A stretch of 56,098 nucleotides of DNA, from positions 1 to 56,098 of the forward strand of contig JBNJDG010000003.1 in NCBI GenBank assembly GCA_051819665.1, in the 5' to 3' direction. Below are positions 50,737 to 56,098 of this stretch, piece by piece. The DNA is from Nanobdellota archaeon (GTDB lineage Archaea; Nanobdellota; Nanobdellia; Woesearchaeales; CAZZGN01). The position numbers were made by a program, and so were the translations under genes. How positions within the stretch are numbered: position 1 is the first letter of the stretch; the number at the start of each line of letters is the position of its first letter. Under the pieces are notes generated by a model, which saw only the letters and a list, made by a program, of their open reading frames with translations, did not search any database and was not told the origin of the DNA.

Positions 50737-52353
50737 TCACTTATTGTAAAGGAACTTATCAGATGATTCCGGAACCGCTTTGAGAAATTTCTCCAATTTT
50801 TCTTCACGCACCTCATCTGCCAAACCTTCATCAGAAACCTCATATCTGGCAACATACTTCACTTTAGCGACTGCCGGCCTATCTACCACAGCACCGCCAA
50901 GGTAATTTACAGGCCACTCTCTCATCAAAACATCATTTATCTTATTCTCTATCTGATCAGCTTTCTCTAATTCACCCTCTTTACGATAAAATTTCCTTAC
51001 ATCCTGAAGACTGTCAAGTCTCTCTCCATTAAAATACTCATTTATAGCCGAGTAGAGTACCTTCCTTGAATGAATCCTTATATCGCTGTCAGGATCCCTT
51101 GTCCTAATCTCTCCGGTGACCCATATCTCTTTCCTTTTCTCCGGTTCAGGAGATTTCTCATCAACCACGTCCTCAATTCCTACCTTTTCCGGGAGAACAC
51201 CCATGGATTTAGCCAGTTCAAAAGCTAATGTATCATTACTATAAGTCTGTATCTTCTCACCGTATGGATTAGTCTCAGTCCTGAATTCCCTGAACTTCCT
51301 CTTGAAATCCTTATTCTTTCCTTCTATAAGCTTTTCCTGAAGTTCTTCTCTTGTAAGACCGGCAGAGAGACTCCCAGTATAATATCCCTGAGCTTCCTCC
51401 CTCAGCTCTTTCGTCTCCTTCTTCCCTCTCTCAAGAGCTTTCCTTAAGCCGGAGATAGTGTTGACATCGGGAGGATTGATATAATACTTCTCAAGTTTCT
51501 CCTTAAGAACTTCTTTCTTTTCCTCCTTTCCATTCTCGATCACAGAAAGGTAATGCCTCTTATCCTTCCCCTGCTTTACATCCTCATCATACTTCCTGGC
51601 TTTCCTGTAAAGATTATCAAGCTCTTCCCTGAATTCCTCCTCATAATCAGAATCGAATATTAACTTTATCCTGTCCCCGAGAGTCATCTTCTTCCTGAGT
51701 TTCTTCCTCTGCTCAGCCCTTCCTTTAGCAATCCTGTAGGGTAACCCATAACTCCATGCCCCTACATCCAAATCATTCGCTAAATCTACAAGTTCTGAAT
51801 CAGGTTTTTCAGAGAGCTTGTTTATCTCCTTCTTATGGAATAAACGGAATATCTTCTCTCCGAGATCAAGATCCAAAGAGAAACCCTTTTTCCTCTCAGA
51901 AAGACCAAGATTGATCCTGTATATCTCAGAAGGGAGACCAGGTATAAGGCTGGGATTCTCTTTCTTTGCAAGTGCATAAAGGCTGTCCCTTACATCTTCA
52001 GATTCAGTATACCTAAAATTGTTCTCCTTTATAATCTCTTCTATCCAATCAGGCAAATCTTTCGGTCTTTTCCCTCTCCATGTCTGTTTTTTGACAGAGT
52101 CTTCATGGATATTCTCGCCAAGTTCAATCTCATCCAGAGGAAGGTCAGGCCCAAGCCCTTCAATCACCCTGGTCGTATCAACGAAGAAATTCTGATCATC
52201 ATCTCTGGAGACATGATTTGAATCGCCAGCAAAGAAATGTTCCTTCTCCGGTCTTAACGAATCACCAGGCACAGACGAATCCGATCTTGCTGAAAGAGAG
52301 ACCGCAGAATAGATTACGAAAAATGCAAGTGGCAAGACATATTTTATTTTCAT
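50737..52353 (-). CDS. Hypothetical secreted protein (538 aa, signal peptide, highly charged)
   Basis: Signal peptide MKIKYVLPLAFFVIYSAVSLSA. No recognisable catalytic motif. Confidence 0.55.
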   Translation of the reverse strand: MKIKYVLPLAFFVIYSAVSLSARSDSSVPGDSLRPEKEHFFAGDSNHVSRDDDQNFFVDTTRVIEGLGPDLPLDEIELGENIHEDSVKKQTWRGKRPKDLPDWIEEIIKENNFRYTESEDVRDSLYALAKKENPSLIPGLPSEIYRINLGLSERKKGFSLDLDLGEKIFRLFHKKEINKLSEKPDSELVDLANDLDVGAWSYGLPYRIAKGRAEQRKKLRKKMTLGDRIKLIFDSDYEEEFREELDNLYRKARKYDEDVKQGKDKRHYLSVIENGKEEKKEVLKEKLEKYYINPPDVNTISGLRKALERGKKETKELREEAQGYYTGSLSAGLTREELQEKLIEGKNKDFKRKFREFRTETNPYGEKIQTYSNDTLAFELAKSMGVLPEKVGIEDVVDEKSPEPEKRKEIWVTGEIRTRDPDSDIRIHSRKVLYSAINEYFNGERLDSLQDVRKFYRKEGELEKADQIENKINDVLMREWPVNYLGGAVVDRPAVAKVKYVARYEVSDEGLADEVREEKLEKFLKAVPESSDKFLYNK

Positions 52354-52395
52354 GACTAAAGGGTAAAAACAGAAGAATATAAATGTTATGGAACC

Positions 52396-53154
52396 CTACT
52401 GGATCCCCATAAGTTTTCTCAGGGATATAGAGAATATCATCGAGAATATGATGTATGTCCATAACCAGTTAGGCTGCCATCCGAAGATGGAAAACTCTCC
52501 CATCGGCCTGACCACTTCATGGACAACCTCGACAGTTGCATCCTCAAACCCTTTCACTGGTTCAGCATAGTCTCCCTGCTTATCTGAGACGATGACCTCA
52601 TGGGTAAGGTTCCTGCCCTTATGATTCACATTGATTGTGTAGGTGCCTTTGTCAACAGCCTTGACTTCCCACATAACCTTTCCATCCTCAATGGTCTTGT
52701 TATTCTCACCCTGGAGAGCAAGCCCCTCCGGTACCTGAAGAAGCGCATTGCCGGTCGTGTCGAACTCGGCCTCTACATCAAAGTCCTCACCAGGACCTAT
52801 TGGCTCATAAGCAAGATTGCCCTGTATCCAGCCGAGGATGATAATCACCGGTATGAAAGTCACCAGCGTGGGTCTCATGCTCTTAGTCATATATTTGCTG
52901 TTAACCTTCATGGCTTCCTGCTGGACCTTCTTCATCTTCTCGGGGTCCTCTTTCATGAGCTTCTTCATCTTCTTCTGGTATTCCTTCGTCTGCTTCTTGA
53001 GCTCCTTCATCTCTTCCTGATCAGTCATCCATTTATAGATGAAAGTTATCAGCAGAGCAAGGAAAAAAGAACTTATTATTATTACCAGAAAAGGATCCAG
53101 AGATAATAAAGGCTCAAATACAGGATCCATAAAACTGCCTACGCTTAATACCAT
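52396..53154 (-). CDS. DUF106/EMC3-like archaeal YidC/Oxa1-family membrane insertase homologue, with an inserted extracytoplasmic beta-rich domain
   Basis: MDPVFEPLL start, the charged coiled region EMKELKKQTKEYQKKMKKL...KKVQQEAMK, then MRPTLVTFIPVIIILGWI. Sits in the conserved position after secY. Confidence 0.7.
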   Translation of the reverse strand: MVLSVGSFMDPVFEPLLSLDPFLVIIISSFFLALLITFIYKWMTDQEEMKELKKQTKEYQKKMKKLMKEDPEKMKKVQQEAMKVNSKYMTKSMRPTLVTFIPVIIILGWIQGNLAYEPIGPGEDFDVEAEFDTTGNALLQVPEGLALQGENNKTIEDGKVMWEVKAVDKGTYTINVNHKGRNLTHEVIVSDKQGDYAEPVKGFEDATVEVVHEVVRPMGEFSIFGWQPNWLWTYIIFSMIFSISLRKLMGIQ

Positions 53155-53200
53155 TACAACACCTTAACATTAATTTGGGTTTTAGAGAAATACCCATAAA

Positions 53201-54574
53201 CTATTCCATGAATTTTCTCATCATAGGATTCATATCCATCATATGATGTTTAGCAATCTCCTCATAGAGGTTGTATATGATCATCACTGTCAGCAGGATA
53301 CCTGTTCCATTAGCGAGAGCTCCCGCAAGATCAGCTATAGCCGCAAGAACACCAACTGTTATACCACCCATTATCGTAAGAGGGCCGATGTACCTTCCAA
53401 GGATCCTCTCAAGCACCCTCGGATCTTTCCTGAATCCCGGCACCTGAAGACCTGAAGACATGATCTTCTTCGCCTGGCTCTTCGGGTCCATGCCCGCAGT
53501 CTGCATCCAGAACCATGCAAATACGACACAACCTACCATCATCAGCAGGAAATAGCCTGTAGCCTGTCCTGCATGGGTCCAGGTGCTCGTCCCTTTGATG
53601 AACTCACCTACGAGACCCTGTCTTCCGCCCGGCACAGTGATCCACTTCACGAGGTTCTGTGCATCGAAAAGCTGGGACCACATCTTCATGTTCGCCATGA
53701 GAGCAGCCACCAGGATAACAGGGATGTTGCTCGTATACATGAACTTGAGAGGCCATCTTATACCATGTCCTCTCACCCTCCCGAATGATAAGGGTATCTC
53801 AACCTTCATAGCCTGAGAATATACCGACATCACGATGACCACGATCGTTGCTATGATCGCCGCTATCTTTAGCGTCGCTGTAGTCGGGTCCCCCTGGCCG
53901 AGGGCCTGGAACAGGGCAGGGAAAGCACCCGTCGCATAAGAATATCCTGTTCCTGTAGCGTTAGGGCCGGGCATCCAGCTGAACGCCCTGACGAAGATAG
54001 TCTTCGAAACTCCTGCTGCAATGAATAAACTGATTCCTGAACCGAAACCCCATTTACTAATAACCTCATCCATGAACATGATCAATATACCTCCAAGGAT
54101 AAGCTGGAACACAAGCAGAAGCTCCAGATTGAAAAACAAAGGTGTCCCCTTGAGCGACTGGGCAGGCGCCAGTCCACCCATGAATACGTATATAGCAGCT
54201 TCAAAGATTATGAATCCAAGCGCCAGAAGCTTCTGAATTCCCTGGAATCTCTTCTTGCCTTCAGCCGATTCAAGATCAAATTTGACCAAACCCGAACCAT
54301 TCAACAACTGTAATACAATGGAAGCGGTTACAATGGGACCTATACCGAGAGATATTATGCTCCCGAACTGCGCTCCCAAAACGACTGAAAGAAATTCGAA
54401 CTGTTGAAGAGCGTTCTGTCCAAGACCGAAAAGCGGGATCAGCCCGAGAATGAAGAAAAGAACAAGGACGATCAGAGTCCATTTAACCTTCTCCTTGAAA
54501 CCCAGCTTCTTCTGGGTTGGCGATACTACTTCCGGCAGATTGTTCAATATACTATCAAACATTGACATTTTCAT
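53201..54574 (-). CDS. secY: Preprotein translocase subunit SecY
   Basis: 10-TM profile with typical archaeal SecY blocks (GIGPIVTASIVLQLL, YTSNIPVILV). Overlaps uL15 by 4 nt. Confidence 0.93.
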   Translation of the reverse strand: MKMSMFDSILNNLPEVVSPTQKKLGFKEKVKWTLIVLVLFFILGLIPLFGLGQNALQQFEFLSVVLGAQFGSIISLGIGPIVTASIVLQLLNGSGLVKFDLESAEGKKRFQGIQKLLALGFIIFEAAIYVFMGGLAPAQSLKGTPLFFNLELLLVFQLILGGILIMFMDEVISKWGFGSGISLFIAAGVSKTIFVRAFSWMPGPNATGTGYSYATGAFPALFQALGQGDPTTATLKIAAIIATIVVIVMSVYSQAMKVEIPLSFGRVRGHGIRWPLKFMYTSNIPVILVAALMANMKMWSQLFDAQNLVKWITVPGGRQGLVGEFIKGTSTWTHAGQATGYFLLMMVGCVVFAWFWMQTAGMDPKSQAKKIMSSGLQVPGFRKDPRVLERILGRYIGPLTIMGGITVGVLAAIADLAGALANGTGILLTVMIIYNLYEEIAKHHMMDMNPMMRKFME

Positions 54575-55023
54575 TCAGGTAGGTTAACTTTTCCTCCGGC
54601 CTCTTCAACTTTCTTTACTGCTTTATCAGATGCACTATTAACTGTTATCTCATATTTAAAATTAATCTTTCCTGAACCCAGGAGCTTATTAAAACCGAGC
54701 TTACCAAGGTCGATCTTATACACCTCTCCTTTCTTTTCAGCAGACTTCTTCTCAAGATAATTGTCTATCTTCTGCTCTACGAAAGAAAGGTTCACCGCAT
54801 TAACCTCATTACTCGCATGAGACTTGAAACCCACTTTGCCTTTATGCTTGAACCCCCTTTTCCAGAGGAGAGATGGTTTCTTAGCGTCAGCTCTCTTGCC
54901 ACTTCCGGCGTTACCTCTACCAGCCCTGTGGCCTGCACCCCTGTTCTTCTTCATTGAACCATAGCTGTGAGTGGTTCTCCCTCTCTGCCTTGAATTCTTC
55001 TTTCTATCGACCATATTAATCAC
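54571..55023 (-). CDS. rpl15: Ribosomal protein uL15
   Basis: RGRTTHSYGSMKKNRGAGHRAGRGNAGSGK Gly/Arg-rich N-terminus, and operon position. Confidence 0.9.
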   Translation of the reverse strand: MINMVDRKKNSRQRGRTTHSYGSMKKNRGAGHRAGRGNAGSGKRADAKKPSLLWKRGFKHKGKVGFKSHASNEVNAVNLSFVEQKIDNYLEKKSAEKKGEVYKIDLGKLGFNKLLGSGKINFKYEITVNSASDKAVKKVEEAGGKVNLPE

Positions 55024-55400
55024 AACATTCTCTTTATGAGGGTATTTATCTCTTTACCCCTGTTACCAAGGTCCCCGCCGATCGAATAGGGCTTCTTTAA
55101 GCTCTTCATGCCTCCCTTCGGAGGGTTAAGCCTGAAAAATCCCTTGGATTCGTCCGGGTTAGCAGGGTTAGGTTCTGACTTCTTGTCAGTAAGTTCCTTG
55201 CGTGTCTCTTCGTCAATCTCTCCCCAGGTAATGAAATCCTTGCATTTCTGGAGCATGCCCCTCACTGAAGCATTATCCTCATAGACACCACAATAATTCT
55301 TCTTGTAAAGTTTGAGCATCCCGAGGGTGTCCTTGACTTCACTACCTGCGTTTATCGAACCTCTTATCCTTACTGCTGCTAGCTTACTCATCTGATCCAC
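55020..55400 (-). CDS. rpl30: Ribosomal protein uL30
   Basis: AAVRIRGSINAGSEVKDTLGMLKL. The start may be MSKL (55391). Confidence 0.88.
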   Translation of the reverse strand: MDQMSKLAAVRIRGSINAGSEVKDTLGMLKLYKKNYCGVYEDNASVRGMLQKCKDFITWGEIDEETRKELTDKKSEPNPANPDESKGFFRLNPPKGGMKSLKKPYSIGGDLGNRGKEINTLIKRML

Positions 55401-56098
55401 CTTCTACTATAGCTAATGAATCCTTGTGCTCCGGTAGCGTCTTCATTGAAGACAAGTTCCTAAGCGCCTTCACACAGGCTTTTATAAGATTTATCTTTGT
55501 CTTCGTCTGACCGTGAGTCTTGGACCATGCGTCCTTAACTCCTGCCAGGTCGAGTATCTTCGCACATTCACTCTCAACACAGAGACCTGTACCTTTTGGA
55601 GCAGGAAGGATCTCTATCTTCGATGAACCGCTCTTTCCCTTCACTGAGAAAGGTATTGAGTTAGGCTCAGATGCATCCGATTCCCATGCTCCTGAACCCC
55701 TTCTAATCTTGATCATATTAAGCTTGGCTTTCCTGATGGCTTTCTCTCTGGCAGGAACCGTCTCCCGGCTCTTGCCATATCCTACACCTACATGACCTCT
55801 ACGATCGCCTACTACAGCCACAGTCGCAAATTGAGGCTTATTCCCTTCTCTCGTCTTTTTCTGGGTCTGTCTGAATACCCTTCTCTGACCGCCGCCGAAC
55901 TTACCCTTCGACTGGCCGATGAGGAGAAGATCAGTATCTACATTAGGCAGAAGGAAATCAACAATCTCAGGCTCAAGTATCCTGTTACCGTTATCCAGAA
56001 TCTCGTCTATATCAGTTATCTCTCCCGTCTTGACCTTCTGGCCTATACCTGTCTTAGCCTTCCAGGCAGCTTTGGCCTCTTTGAGCCTCTCAGATGAC
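55384..56098 (-). CDS. rps5: Ribosomal protein uS5 (5' end runs off the window)
   Basis: VAVVGDRRGHVGVGYGKSRETVPAREKAIRKAK core. My own translation shows the frame stays open upstream of the track's GTG (55821) to the window end (..AKAAWKAKTGIGQKVKTGEITDIDEIL..FGGGQRRVFRQTQKKTREGNKPQFATV..). Confidence 0.88.
   Translation of the reverse strand, partial: SSERLKEAKAAWKAKTGIGQKVKTGEITDIDEILDNGNRILEPEIVDFLLPNVDTDLLLIGQSKGKFGGGQRRVFRQTQKKTREGNKPQFATVAVVGDRRGHVGVGYGKSRETVPAREKAIRKAKLNMIKIRRGSGAWESDASEPNSIPFSVKGKSGSSKIEILPAPKGTGLCVESECAKILDLAGVKDAWSKTHGQTKTKINLIKACVKALRNLSSMKTLPEHKDSLAIVEGGSDE

Overview
A gene-dense, AT-rich stretch of archaeal chromosome. The archaeal assignment rests on several markers. 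These are PCNA, Hef helicase/nuclease, RNase J, and the two-subunit archaeal PheRS. Ribosomal proteins eL14 and eL34 are present, along with the uS5-uL30-uL15-SecY-DUF106 cluster. Two tRNA genes carry introns, and TATA/BRE-like boxes sit about 25-30 nt upstream of many start codons. The small proteins, missing housekeeping genes and multi-intron tRNA suggest a reduced, possibly DPANN-like lineage, but that is inference.

Most of the window is ordinary core genes: translation, DNA repair (Nth, Ogg, photolyase, a radical-SAM repair protein, Hef), peptidases and membrane proteins.

The unusual content is mostly bacterial-type or non-coding:
1. A complete three-gene NuoE/NuoF-coupled [FeFe]-hydrogenase operon (hydCBA, 14.4-18.3 kb). 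A TM1266-like 'iron-only hydrogenase system regulator' lies 2.4 kb upstream, and no HydE/F/G maturases are in the window.
2. An AcpS gene that overlaps, and is probably translationally coupled to, an 815-aa adenylating-ligase / carrier-domain / PlsC-acyltransferase fusion. This looks like a self-contained fatty-acid activation and ester-lipid acylation module.
3. A secreted peptidoglycan amidase with three SH3-like repeats.
4. A fur-prx-ahpC-sod-ftn oxidative-stress operon with overlapping Fur-box palindromes.
5. Short non-coding modules immediately 3' of both intron-containing tRNA genes, each bounded by direct copies of the tRNA 3' end. One is a perfect 2 x 116-bp tandem array.
6. A 145-nt tRNA(CAU) gene that needs two intervening sequences.

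The left end (1-3.5 kb) looks like a small accessory island: a Schlafen-like fragment, an MNT/HEPN pair with a decayed toxin, a MazG-like protein and a GIY-YIG protein.

Functional calls come from motif recognition by eye. No database searches were run.
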